A DNA stretch of 64,000 nt, from assembly GCA_900088475.1 (NCBI GenBank), contig FLMG01001166.1, forward strand, positions 62,001 to 126,000. The letters are read 5' to 3'. Both the position numbers and the translations under genes were made by a program. This document shows positions 47,150 through 60,900 of the stretch, in pieces; position 1 is the first letter of the stretch; every line of letters begins with the position of its first letter. The stretch comes from Hyphochytrium catenoides. Its lineage: Eukaryota; Protista; Hyphochytriomycota. A model generated the notes under the pieces. It worked only from the letters and a program-made list of their open reading frames with translations, was not told where the DNA came from and did not search any database.

Positions 47150-50100
47150 TCACTTATCTTTCCTCGTCGCTGCACAGAGCCTGTAAAATAAACTCTTTCT
47201 GTTGTTCAGCAGCACCCGAGGGTCGTCATACTCTACCAATTGCCCTTTGTCCATCACTAGTACCCTATCACTGTCCTTAATGGTACTCATACGATGAGCT
47301 ATAGTGAGAACAGTAGAGTCTGAGAACTCTTGTCGAATGGTCTAACGCAGAGAGAATGAGCAGGGTCAGCATAAAAAACAGCCATAGCCATAGCGAGACG
47401 AAGTTTAGCGGAATAGAAAGAGTTAGACAAGGCTTAATAAGGGGCAGGACCTCTTAGTGGAGCTCCCAAAACGCACTCACAGAAGGATGAAACGCTCTCC
47501 AATCTACTGATGTATGGAGCCCTTATGCTATTACCTGCTGTACTAAAATGTCAGTCTTTACGTCTACTGATGCTGTGGCCTCATCGATGCATACCACCCT
47601 AGAGCCTCGAAGCAGCGCGCGACCCAAACAGAGCAACTGGCGCTGCAGATACAAAAAAGTGGTGCAGGAGCGAGACATCGAACGAACAGTTGAGTGCAAC
47701 CATGCTTCTGTGTTCTGCCACAATCAGGTTCAACACTAACGCTGAAGCCATACCTGTCCGACGCTAAGATTCTCTCCCTTTTCCTTTATGTCTGCGTAGA
47801 GCCCTCCCTCTAGCCTCGCTATCGCTGGTTTCATATGGCACCGGTCCAAAACGTGCCAAAGTTCGGAGTCTGTGAAAGCGCTCGCCGGGTCCAAATTGAA
47901 GCGGATAGTACCTGAGAAGATGACGGGCTCCTGCACAATGAAGTAAATTGAAAAGGTCTTCCTTCACTCTTACAGCCTCCTGTTATACCTGCGGAATGCA
48001 GCACATGCTGGATCTCAAGGTATGAAGAGGAACTTGCTTTATGTCGGTTCCGTCTATGGATACGTAGCCCTCCCATGGGACCTGTCAAGTGCCGATTTGT
48101 TGTAAGGATGGAAGATCAGTAAGGTCTAACAGGACTAAGCACTTATAAAAGGCACGAACCATGCGAAAGAGAGCACGGAAAATTGTCGATTTGCCAGCTC
48201 CGGTCCGGCCGCAGATACCCTAGGCGCAAGTATTAGCTTTGTGAAGGAGGCAAGCTGTGCTACACGGAGGGGGAAAGTAGAGAATGGCACATTGTACCAC
48301 CTAGACCCTACCACTTTCTCTCCGGCCTTGATGGAGAAAGTCAGCCGATCGGTAGCTGGAGGCAGCTCGGGGCGGTAACGAACCTATTTGTTGTTGTTAG
48401 AAGGATCTACTTAGTGCAGCCAATTTTAGGTTATGTCTTGGAGTATTGGGTTCGCGGAGAGAGTAACTGGAGCTAAAAAGGAGTAGCAATGTCAACTACG
48501 AGTGAGAAAGCCCGATAGAGTAACAGAGGGACTGCGTCAGGAGCAAGTATGCAGAAGAGTAATACCTCTAGAGAAGTGACGTTAATGGCTCCCCAGGTAG
48601 GCCATGACTCTGAGAAGTCCTCCAATAGAGGCCGCGCTTCTTCATCCATTTGTTGTCCAGAGCTCGTCGCAAGGCTGCTTCTAGTGCTTTCCACCTCAGG
48701 CTCAGATTCTAGGTCGGAGTATTCTTCTAATCTTTCGACTGCGCAAGGCAAATAAAGTTGAACCAGGTTGATGAGACGCCAACTTTCAGATGGCAGCACG
48801 GAGGACTAGAGGCCGAGATGAGTGAGACCAACCATGAGAGGACCAAGCCTAAGAGCTATTGCGGTGCTCATAACTCAACAGATGCAATAGTCGTATCAAA
48901 GAGGGGTACGATCCATAGAAACCACTTTCGGCCCCGTAAAACCTGCGATCATATTTTTCTCTGACTCTGTGAAACTCCAGACAACTCCATTAATCATCCC
49001 CACCAAGGGTATCGCGTATGTGAGGGTAAGACCGACATAGCCTGCACTAATGCCGCCTACGAGCGCATATTCGAAATCAAGATGGCAGTAAGTAAACAAA
49101 AGTAAAGGGCAAAGAGAGGCGGCAGGTTTGGAAAGAGACGACCCTTATAGCGGCTTAAGTTGCAGATAGCCTCTGTCTAGGACCGCAGATGACATGGCGA
49201 GTGACGGGCGACGAACTTTACAAACAGCCAACTTGAAAGGGAAGAGAGACCGAGATAGGGAAAGGAACGTGTTGGGTAGCGCGACCTGACTAGGCTGTAC
49301 GGCTCACTGCTCATAGTACCTGTGATACAGTACTGGCTGACCGCAAGGAAAGAGGCGAAGGACGTCAGCACCATGCCGAGGGAGTCGAGGCGTGTGTTTA
49401 GCCATCGACCGCAGAGACTGCCATTGAAGGAGTTGCGCTGGTCCAAGTCGATCCGTTTGTGAAGTTCAGATGTGAACCTCTCCTCAAGTCTACAAATAAA
49501 GAAGAAGAGCTGTAAGAACTCAAAGGGGACTCTCTCTCGCAGTATATTGACGCGGCGTGAGCACAAGGTTTAAGGAGAGGACGCTCTTGACAAACCTGAG
49601 AGCACGGATGAATTGTACACCGCTAAGCGTTTCCGAAAAGAAAGAGTAAATGGGGCTTCGCGCAACGGAGTCCAACCTACGAAGATAATCTCAGATCTAC
49701 AATCTCCCGTGCCATCATTTTCGGTTTCTGGTTTCTCGGCTCCAATACCAATGACCTGATCGCCGATTACTTATCTCAACCCACCGTTTGAGTTCCCTTG
49801 AGGTTTGTCTATAGTAGTGCTGAATAAAGTGATAGAAATAGCCGGTTGGAAGCAGGATGATGATGAGCACAGGGCTGCTGGTAGCCAGGATCACTAGAGC
49901 GCCGCAAAGTCCAAACTGTGACGACAGGGTTGTGTGAGGGAATTGCCGCTTGCTGCCCTTAGCATCTGTCAGTTCCGTCTAAACTTTTGCCCGCCCGTGT
50001 AAACTGCCAGCTGCTCAACTTTCCATCTGTATGCTCGACCTCTAACCGAAGCTCACTTAAACGGCCCACTTAGTTTCACCCTTTCTATGTCCAGGTTCCC

Positions 50101-53100
50101 ATTATAAAGCCGCAACTTACTAATTGGGCAAGATAGATGTTGAAGATAAACGGAAATGATTCGTCCACTGCGTACTGGTCACTGCTGAAGCGATTTAGTA
50201 TCCTGCCCACAGGACTAAGCAAAAAGAGAGGGAGAGCAAGAGCGAGAGAGGGAAAGGCAGAGGTCAATTTAAGTGCCTACAGAAGGGCAAGGACGAAACA
50301 AGAATTGGCAAGGAGGACCCAAGAACTGGGTACGCGTTTCAACGCGCCCCAAATCTCCCTTCTTCCCTTGGCTTATTGCCTAAACAAGTTCCACCCGTGG
50401 CCTTGCCCGGCTCCTTCCTGGCCTCTTTCTACACCATTATTTCTCTGCCTTATCCTGTCGTTCTAAGCGTACACAATAACTGAGGACCCAAGAATACTTG
50501 GGTTATTCTTTTCCTTACACTTGATCAAAGAACTTGACAGGCGCCTTGATAATCTTCGTCAGGAGACCCTCGTGCAGAGATGTAGCCGCCTTTAGTCCGG
50601 CCAATGCAAAGAGAACAGCACGAAATACTGTAGAGATGGAGTTGAGAGCAGCCACAACTGCAAAGATGGAGAGAAACCATCTATCGCTCGCTTCCGACTG
50701 AAAAGGCAGACGAGAAGCAGAGGTAGTATGGCACATGGTTAAGACATGGATCTCATCTCCACACGATTGAGTCATCGCTTTTGCTCTCCTACTGGTTTCT
50801 TTTTGCTCATCTATTCAGGTGCACGGCTTGTTATATCTTCTTCTCCACCCTCTTCAATCCACTACTATCGCTACTCCGAATGGCCCCTCATCTCTACCCT
50901 CCCAATCCTAAGTCCTCTCCCGCAAACAATATACTTACCTCCTTATCGGACGCCCAGTAACCAATCCACCAGTCGGAGAAGTTCCGTGTCACCTAGACCC
51001 ATATACAGGGTGAGAGGGGAGAGCCCGAGGGCGAGAAGAGGCTAGGAGACGAAAAACAAGCTCTATGCCGGATTGATAAGATACGAGATAACTGTGAATG
51101 ATACCTGCATTCCCAGGAGTGAGACACCGACTGCCAAACAGAGGCCAAAGCCCGCGCGACGAAAATAGGAAGTGACGGTTGATGAAGCTACCGATCCTTC
51201 TTTCCTTGTCTCCCTGATAGCATTCATCATATCAACAAGGGTGAGAAGACAACTGGATTCGACCAACATACTCGACTGTAAGAGTTCCATTTCCATTTGC
51301 TTCTTCCGTTTCTGCTCCTCCTTCAAGAATGATTTCATCCAAGGCCTGACCTAAAGCAGCTAGATGGCAATCAGTGATAAGCAGCTATCTCATAGGAGAC
51401 ACCCCAGCTGCCCAGCAAAGCACATAGCAGATACAGATGGGAGACGATAGACGCATTGAGCCAAGAAGATACGCGGTAACAAACGCTGAGAGTACTAACG
51501 TTCGTGATGTCGGGTCTGCTCTGGTTCCAACTGGATGGCCTTAAAAGCTGAGGACAGATGTACTCCGCCCTCTCTCTCTACTAAAAAGTCAAAGGTTCCC
51601 GATTCTGCTATTCGTCCTTCCTCCATATAGTATATCACATCTTCAGGGGATAACTGCGCAGGCAGGTGGCGTCCCACAAACAAGGACATGGTCAAGAGGT
51701 AGTGGATAGACCTCAAGGTAACAAGAAGGGTCAAAATAAGAACGGACACTAAGAGCGGATAGAAGCAGCAGCCTAAAAGGAGAAGAGATATCAAAACATA
51801 ACAGCGAAAGATGACAATAATTGTGGACAGAAGGAGAGCAACAAGTGTTGCAAGGCAAGGACCAGATGAAGAAGTTCTATGTGAAACAAAAAGAGCATTA
51901 TTAGAACATATGTGATAGGACACGCTACCAAGCGCAGGCAATGAAGATTGCTAGTTACGATAACCCTCGCTGCCCCATCTCTGGCTAATATACCCTGTGG
52001 TCCTATTAGCTCCTATGGTGGACCACTGTTAGAGAAGAGTCAAGGAAATAGGACTATCGAGAGGTACCTGAAAGATAAACTTTGAGAGCCGGGCATCTAC
52101 TTGGCTCAGCGGGTCATCTAAGAGATAGACGTCTGCCTCCTGTACCCGAGGGTTAGTTTTCAAAAGGTTCAAAAATTGGTGTCCATGAACAAGGGGACTA
52201 GGAAGACTTAAGAGAGATGAGAAGTAAGCGTAAAAGAGAATGTGCCTTTGGGGTAAAGAAGTACCTGATAAGCGGCTCTCGCAAGAGTGATCCTTAGTCT
52301 TTGCCCTCCACTCAGATTAGTCCCTCCCTCACCCAGCTCCGTTTCATCTCCCGCAGGTAAGTGTTTCAAGTCTTGATCCAAGGCGCATGCCTTCAAAACC
52401 TTCTGATACCACTCTCCTCGCAGTGGAGAGCCAAAGAGAATATTATCCCTAACCTATATAGAATAGGTAGGACCCTCAGCTTAATCATTTCGAGTAAGAG
52501 AAGAAAAGATATTCGCTTCTATACATCTACGCTAGCTCAAGTAGTGTGAAGGGGAGAAAAGACAAGTCAGAGACATAGATTTTGTAGGGCAATAGCGATA
52601 CCGACGAGAGAAAAGTAGGCTGTCCGAGATATTACCGTGCCGCTCCGTATCCATGCAACTTGTGAAACGTAGGCCACTCGCCCCCTGAAGAAGGGAAGGA
52701 CCGGGCCATTCTCTCCCTCCATATCGCCTAAAATAGCCGATAACAGAGACCTACGCATTCATATTACTCAGTTGATGCAGAGCAATGAGTTGCATGAGTG
52801 AGTGAGACCAGGCGACCATGTCAAAGAGTAATAGAGGCCCCTAGACAAAAGCCTGGTAAAGAGAACATAGCGATAGAGTCAGAAAGATCCATCTCTTGCC
52901 CCTAACTACTGTCACAGGCCCAGAGCCTGAGCTGAATGAGAGTAGACTCGCAGAATATAAGAAGCAACAACTTACGACTTTCCTGACGCTACTGGACCGC
53001 AAATTACTGCTAGTTGCCCCTTAGCCACCTTCAAGGTAATCTTTTCCAGTCTGAAAGGAGCTTCCTTACTATCGCTCGTATCTTTTCCAGCCCAGGCAAA

Positions 53101-56100
53101 GCTTTCGTTTCTGATACTGACAACAATATCCTCATCGACTGATTGTGGATGTCTACTTGAGTCATCCAAAAGTGAACGGGGGAGTTTCTCTCTTGCTTCC
53201 AGGAGGAATTTGCTCAATCTTTTGCCAGATACCATGGCCTCAAGTAGACTGTTGACAATAGCCGGGTACGAGTTGATAGGAAAAATCAGCATGTTGAGCA
53301 GCGCAATGGACGTGAAAGCCTTTGCAGCTGCACATGCAGAGAACTGTCAGTTATTGCCGAAAAGAAGAACGGTTAACCATTTATCCCTTGCTGGGACAAG
53401 CGTGTCAGTTCAATAAGGAAGTGGCAACCATCTAAGACAGCAAGAGTTCCATGGAACGACGCCAAGGATCGTCCTTAGGAGGGCAAAAAGGACGAGAAGT
53501 GGATCCTATAGGGTTAGAGAAGTAGAATGGAAAACAGGTAACCCAGCTTGTAACAATGAGGTCTGGGAGGGATGATGTGTAATCGAGGCGTCGTGCGAAC
53601 AACTGTCCGTCTCCTGTACCTGTCAGTTTCTGTCCCGTGAGAACCACGACCGAGAACGTTGAAAGAGAGACGAGGACCGGAGTGGTTGCCCAGAGGTAAA
53701 CACAGATGCAATCTAAGAATTTTCTCTTTCGTAACTCCTCCATCTCCTTTTTCCGCAGCTCAGCTACAGTCTCTGCAAATGTATCTTCCCATGCGTACAT
53801 CTGAGTAAGAGGATTGGAAGCACGATACACAGGAAAAACCATCCTGATCAGCTAGGTCGGAGAGATAGCTAGGTCGGAGGGAAAGTTCGAAGGCTTCGGT
53901 CCAATGCAATCTTTAGTCACCTTTAACACTCGTATTCCTTGAAGCATTTCATTGCAGAGCTTCACTCTGTCGTCCCGATATCGGAGCATGTTCTACGTTA
54001 GAAAGAGAGAAACAGAGGCGAGCTGGTTGAATGGTAGTCGTCAGTGACCAGGCCTTGCCACTTCGCACCATCCTTCATTTCCTGTTTACCTGCGATGGCC
54101 CTATCACGTCCGCGTATACGTTCTAAGCTACCACCTCGCTACCCTACCACCTTGCTCAATCCCTCTTCCTCCTATGCTAAGCGCATTTTCTCCTTACCGT
54201 GGTGACGTTTTGTATCCTCGAGGTAACCCATGCATTAATGGGCACTACAAGCACAATTACGCCTACTCCGGCAAGAAAGGCGAGAGAAACTTGCTGATAA
54301 ATGAGCAGAAAGATGACCATGACCTAAAAAGATAGCTGTGAGAACAGGAACTGAACTTCCCTTGTCCATCAAGCAAATCCTTCCACATTCCTTTTGCACT
54401 GTTTAAGGGGGAGGCCCCTGCCATGGGTCTTCTTTCAACCTATTTTGGCGCTGCCGGGCCACTTATCAAGAATACTCTGGATCCTTAGCGGTAAGACTCA
54501 CTAGCTCCTCTCTCTTTCCTCTCGGTTTTGTCATTTCTCTTGCTATCAATTCCTAGGCGCATTGGCCCGTCTAGGGTCAAGCAGGCTGTTCCACGTACCT
54601 CAATAGGTATAAAGATGAGGCTCAACAGGTTGTCGGGCATAGAGTTGAAAAGACCCACGTCGACTGACATCAAGTTCGTGAGCTGGCCAGAACTATATCT
54701 GGTGCGATCCACTGAAGAGATGGTTAGGATCTTTTGGTAGACCGAAGACGTGAGCGCCGAATTCATGCGAAGCCCTGGTTGGCAGAGCAGAGGACAACAT
54801 CTCAGTGGCCACCATAAGGACCAAGCAGCCAAACAGAGGAAGAGTCGAGGTGTTATCACTTATAGAAAAACGTAATTGCCTTGTGGAAGCAGATATCACC
54901 TAGAGAAAATCGGAAAGGGGTGGTAGAGCCTCAACTCAATAACAGGAAGAGTAAATGACAAACTCTTCAAGATTCGTCCCAGTTACCTAGCCTCATGAAC
55001 CAGAAGCCGTACATATTGCCTAACGCCATTGAAGTTATTGAATGAGCAGTTATACCCGCTGCCAAGAGGAACCCTAACCACTGATGGGATTCGCCGAACG
55101 GGGTGTCTAGAAAATCCAGCAGGTGCTAGAATTATAAAGGGGGGAGCAAGCTGAATTAGACCAGGAGTTATGTGCCCACCACTAAAGCAAGAGAGAGTGG
55201 GGGGCTACTTTTGTGCAATGCAGTCCTTCGTCTTCTTCCGTCCAAGGCAAAAGACAAGGGTGCCTGACCCGAACTGAGGAACGGAATTTTTTTTTCTCTG
55301 TCTGATAATGGTCTCTCTAATCCCCCTGTATCGTCTTTGTGTCACTGAAGGCTTGTCTGCGGCAATTACCTTTAGCAGAACAGGCCCGAGAAGGCCAAAT
55401 AGCCTGTTAACAAGTGTCCATCCAGCAGCGATGGCAATCTAGAGATGACAACGCAGCGGAATGTGGGAAGTGGAGTATGTGAGGAGGTATAGCATTTGCC
55501 AATTGGTATGCAGCCATTTGACACCTGGGAGCCGTACAACCGTCCATACAGGCGATACAAAGACTTAGAAGGCCTGTTTTTTTCCAATGCTAGCTCAACT
55601 TGAAAACGTCTCGAAGAGTTTGGGACGCTCTCAGAGGGGAGTAAGGGTGGAATGTCAGACTGAGATAGTTGTCGCAACTTCCCCATCTGGAATAAAGGCG
55701 TCATATAACTAAAAGTGAGCTTGCTGAGAAGGCTGGCGTGAAGGAAAGGGTGCTCCTGATGGGCAGGAAGAGGCTGTGTGGACAGTAGAGGCTCTACTTG
55801 GGAGGAGTCTCTCTCGGATGTGCTCCCGAGTAAATAGTTCGTGGGGAAGAGAGCGAGCACGCCCATAAGCCCGATTAAGAGGTGTGAGCAAAACTCTGTG
55901 TATATCACAGCGCTGTGATACTGTTTGGCTATGAGGCTTCCCAGCATTATCGCCTACCAGAATTAAGGCAAAGAAGGCGGTATGACAGCAAAACAGGATG
56001 GGGCGGGTCAGATTGTTGTCGGACCAAGCAGAGAACAACATTGGCAACCACACGGGTTGGCAGCAGTAGTGGCTTTTCGAGAGTCCTTACTCTAGTCGAA

Positions 56101-56958
56101 TCTCAATTACACAGCCTCTGCTAACTCACCCCTAACGTTCAACAATTTTCCCCTGCAACGTGTACGAAGGCCTTCCGTCTCTCTAGTCTTCTATACTAGT
56201 TGGTCCACTAATATCACCTATCCTCTGCGTTTACCTTGGGAAGAGAGGAAAAGGAGGCCAAGATCCATCCTGTTCGCATGGGCCAGTCCTCCTTCTGCCC
56301 CTCTCTATAGGTCTGAAATGAGATCAGGAAGGCAAGACCCCAAGCGAAACAGGATAACATTATATCCATGGCCTGCACCAACACGCACATAACGTAAAGT
56401 TTGGCTTAGTAACCACTGACAGACGCGTAAGAGCTCCTAACAGGGAGAGAGAAGACTTTGAAGAGACACTGGGAAGAGCCGGGTAGAGGTGATAGACAAT
56501 GCAGCAAGATTGCGCCGCCAGGAACCTACCATAAGAAGAGCGACACGCTCGCTACTGAGCCAGTAATAGAAACAGAGACCAAGAGGAAAGAGAGAAAGGA
56601 GAGCACAAGTCCCGAGCTCTGCCTGCCACTTGACATTAGAGAAGCGGCTGAATGAAGGTTGCAAGGGCAGAGGGGCCATCTGTCTCTCGTCCTTCATTGC
56701 TTCGCCGTACCGCTTATCAAATGAGGTTCTGCGGAATGAGGAAGAGCTCACTCTCCTCGTTTGAGCTCGAGCAGCTAAGGCTGAGGAAAACCTAATAGCT
56801 TTCCTTTTCTTGGTGAGGAGAAACCATTGTACAGTGCTAAAGATCAGCACTAGAATACAAGACGCTGCATCCCAAAATGCAGTCAGTGCTAGTGAGATAG
56901 CAACGAGTACGGCTGTGCGACAGCTCCATCCACAGCGGGCTCTCTTTACCCTTCCCAT
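47150..56958 (-). CDS. ABCC10: ABCC/MRP family ABC transporter, ABCC10(MRP7)-like, with N-terminal TMD0; multi-exon
   Basis: NBD1 [23 protein letters not shown]2 [28 protein letters not shown]. Subfamily-type [53 protein letters not shown]. Start uncertain. Confidence 0.88.
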
Positions 56959-57977
56959 CTCTGTCTCTTGCGTCTAAAGAACTCTTCTCAGCTTGCCACC
57001 ATCTTTCCTGTTTCGCTCCTTCTTTCTCCACCTGTCTCTTAGCTTCTTAACTGCTGTCGCTTCTTTCGTCCTTGCCTCTTTGACGTCTCATCTCTCCCTT
57101 CCGTCCACCCTCACATCCCAAACTGGCCCACCATGCTGTGCGAAAGAGTAGCGTATCCCTAGTGGAGATGCTTCCTTTCATTCTTACCTTGCCCCGCCAC
57201 CGTGACTGCGCAGCACGTCTCATTTGAAGTGAAGGCGGCATGCTCGTCGATGTCAAAGACAGAGAGGACGCAGTGCTGGCAATAGCTCTCCAAGAGTGAT
57301 GAGCTACTATTCGCCTCTGACAACATAATGCCTTGAAAGGAGAGACGACAGCACCTGAATAAAGGTGAGCTGCCTTTTATCGTTTTCCTTGGACACTACG
57401 AATCAGCGTCAAGAAAGGAGTGAAGACTGCTACTCCTTGTCAGATTTTGGCCTCTGTCAGGAACTTAAAATACACCTCAACAATCTCAGCTTTCGCGACT
57501 CTCCATATCGATTAGCTTCTCTCACATCTATAACGTTCCGCTTCCGCAGTCCGCAGCTCCTTTCATCGACACAGTCTTCATATCTGACAACTGATGAAGA
57601 CCGAAGATGCAGACGGCACACTGCAGCAGCTCACAATGGATCTCAAGAATGCCGCAGATCTCAGAAAAATCCTTTCATCCCAGACCTCCCCTCGGATATA
57701 AATAGCCGGTACCGGCCATGATCCCCGCTATTCCAGACTTCTTGAGAGCTTTTATTGGGCCGTTTCTGGTCTTCGCAGGAGTGCAAGTTGCAGTGCTCGG
57801 AAGGCAGAGCTTCAGGTGGAGGATCAGAGACCGACTTCAACCATCAGCCATCAGAACAACAGACCGGAGAGAAGAGACTCGACCGTAAAGGTAGACAAAA
57901 GGAGAAGGCCTGGGCATCCTGCCCTCCTGCTCTCAGGTCCTAAAGCAGGTCGAAGTGATAGGAGAAGAAGTTGGAGG

Positions 57978-60900
57978 ATGGAGGACGAGAGGATGATGAA
58001 AAACATGCCCAGCTCTAGGCCACTGATGAGGGTGGACCGCCTAGCCCATCAGCTTGATATAGGTCGTCGTAATGGTTGTAATGGAGCTTCAGAGCATCCA
58101 AGCATATCAACGGAGCTCATGAATGGTGGACATAGTGGGCTGGAAGGGTCAATTTTCGTCAGAGGTAAGGGGTTCAAGACACATCCTGTAACCAATGGTA
58201 AGGTCAGAGGTACTAATTCATACTCCTGCTTCTTTCTTTATCAGCTGCACCAAGAGGGCTGGAAACCGCGAGGGAGAGGCTTTTCACTCCCGACTGCCTG
58301 AAGTTTCTCAATGACCTGTATCATACCTTCAAGCACGAAATTGATGAGGTACGGGCCTTTGGCTAAGACGTAGGCATATTGATTATTTATTCCCTGGGAT
58401 GTCGAGTCACACTAGAGCAGAGCCTAATGGTGGGGCTTCCAGTGCGGGACAGTCTGTGCTGGGAATGCGAAACATTGGTTCATAGGAGAAGCGCATCCAT
58501 TGATGGCCTTCCGAAGCCTTTAGACTGTTGAAGAAAAGCTAGATTAGTTATTGGGGGCACGGGAAGGATAACGTACAAGAGATTCACATGAGTGCTACTA
58601 CTTACGCTCGCGCAATAACATAGCTCTATCTTCGGAGGCGAAAGATCCAGCTTGACTTGGAACTTAGGCTCTTGGCTGACCAAGAAAGACAGAAGACCTT
58701 CTTTTTGCCAGAAACGAAAAGCGTTAGAGATAGTTCCTGGACCATCGATCCTTTGCCTGGTCAGGTCCCAGTTCTGCTCTGTCTATCAAAGCTCTTCTCT
58801 TATTTCTTGCTTTCTCTGTTGAATACTCCAACCCGCCTCTTGGATAGTCCATCCTCAGTGAAGGGGCCTGCTGTCGGGTGTCACCCCTTAAAGCTCCTGC
58901 TTCACGAGCTTCTACGTCTTTGATTCTTGGCGAGGGAACTAAATGGTACAATTTGTCCCACATTTGTCAGCTGCATTGCTGGACAGGAGGGTGGACATCG
59001 GAGATGTTGATCCTAGTGACGCCACACGACTCATTACTGCCCTAAACTCAAAAGCGCAGGTGAGAAACACAGACATATTAGGGAGGAAACATAGAAAGAA
59101 CAGAGAGGACGAAAGTGCGGTCCTACTCATGTTCCCCGGTGCCCATAGGGCGTGCAAGTTGACTTCGATGATGGCTTCTGCCCTTCCTGGCGTAATGTCA
59201 TAGCAGGCTTGGACAACGTCATTCGAGCATCGAGGGGAAAGTTGCAGGTCGAGGAGAACGAGAACGGTACGGCCTACGTATTCGCTGGTAACAATGACAC
59301 ACCCTACGTCACGGAAGCTCGACCCCAGTTCTTTGTCCATTCTTTGGGCATCCTATCAACCCCCGCTCCCCATATTTCGCTTTCGCACTGGCGTTACTAT
59401 AGTCGAGACAGACTAGTTGGAGTCCTTTCTATTGATCCTGCCTCAATCGGCAACTGCCTTGTTGATTGTTGAACTTTTCTGTCTCGGGATGCATCTCCAT
59501 CTCGTGTCGTGATTGCTTGATGTTAACGAGTGCTCTTGACATGAATGCCAAATAGGAGGTCTCCTTAAGCAGAACGGGAATTGCGCAATTCTCATGACCC
59601 GTCCTAGAGCTTGGAATATGACTGAACAGGTGAAGCTTATTAGCAATTTGCTGGTCTATTGTTCCCATTTATCAATACTGTGTTCCTCTGTGTCTGAGAC
59701 AACTCTCCATTTTCTTTCTCTGGCTCTCTCTCTCTCTCTCTTTTTCTCTCTCTCGCTCTCTCTGTCTCTCTTCCTGACGGGCGAGGTCTGTCCAGGGCCA
59801 TCCGCGATCCTATCTATACTTTTTTGGTTTGTTGCCGCTCCTTAACTCTATCGAGCTGAGTTATCGAGACGACTAGCTCTACGCTTTTGCTAATGCTTTG
59901 CACCTGCAGAACGTAGTAATAGCTGGAACTCCGCTTCCAGGTCCTCTGGTAGACTTCGGAGTACATTTTTATCACAGGTTAGTGGGAGATAGAGGCCCAA
60001 CCACGTTCGCAAGCCGTAGAGCCACATATACGGTCTATCCAGTTTGACAATGCGGCACACAGAGGGGGTGTATGACCAGATGAGATTATGAATACCAACT
60101 AGAGCATGCAGCTACTAAGGCGCACATGCAGTGCAAGAGACATGACCCAGGCAGGAATTGGGCCATTTTATTATCTATCAAAGGTAAGGGACACCGGTCT
60201 TTGATAAGCTTCTGGTTACGACCTAAAGAGTCTCGCGTGTATCATGTCCTCTTTTGACGCTTATGCGCTTGCGCTAATTCACTCTTACTTTATTCCAATG
60301 TAAGATGGAGCACTACTTAGAAGCAAGGCTATGGAACTCGATCTTCTCTTGGTGCGAACAGCGCATTGGATTGCCTAAGGTAAGGGTTACCTCCAGGTTT
60401 GCAGCAAGAAAGAGGATGTTCAACACTGGCAGTTCGGGATAGCGTAAATGCCCGTACAGCAATAGGAGCAATACTAGACATGCTTGCCAAGACTAGAAAA
60501 GGAAGTCAATGGGGCCACAGTTGAAGAGGCAGACAAGGGCGGCTGTAAAGAGAGAGATCGGCTTAGGAGACGACCTGTATTTGATTCTAAACTGGACGAC
60601 CAAATGATGCATTTGCTAGGGAAGCACGAAAGCCTGTGTATTGGTGGAAAACGTGCTGCTGTCCTACCAGATGGACGAAGTGCTGTTTGAGCTTAAGGAG
60701 CACGCAATAGGTGAGGTCACAGCTGCTACACTATCCCTTCGACTTCTCATATCCTCAATTCATGGTCCACTTCTTGCGTTATACTCCTAGTTGCACCATC
60801 GATCACCTGTCTGGAGAGGCCCTTGTGTGCGCCGGTATACCATTTCATACTCTATCTCTGCTACACGTAACACCCCATAAAGCAATCCAGAAGGCCTTCC

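Noticed and set aside
53850-53880. Direct repeat agctaggtcggag x2
   Set aside because: Local intronic duplication of two units; not an array.
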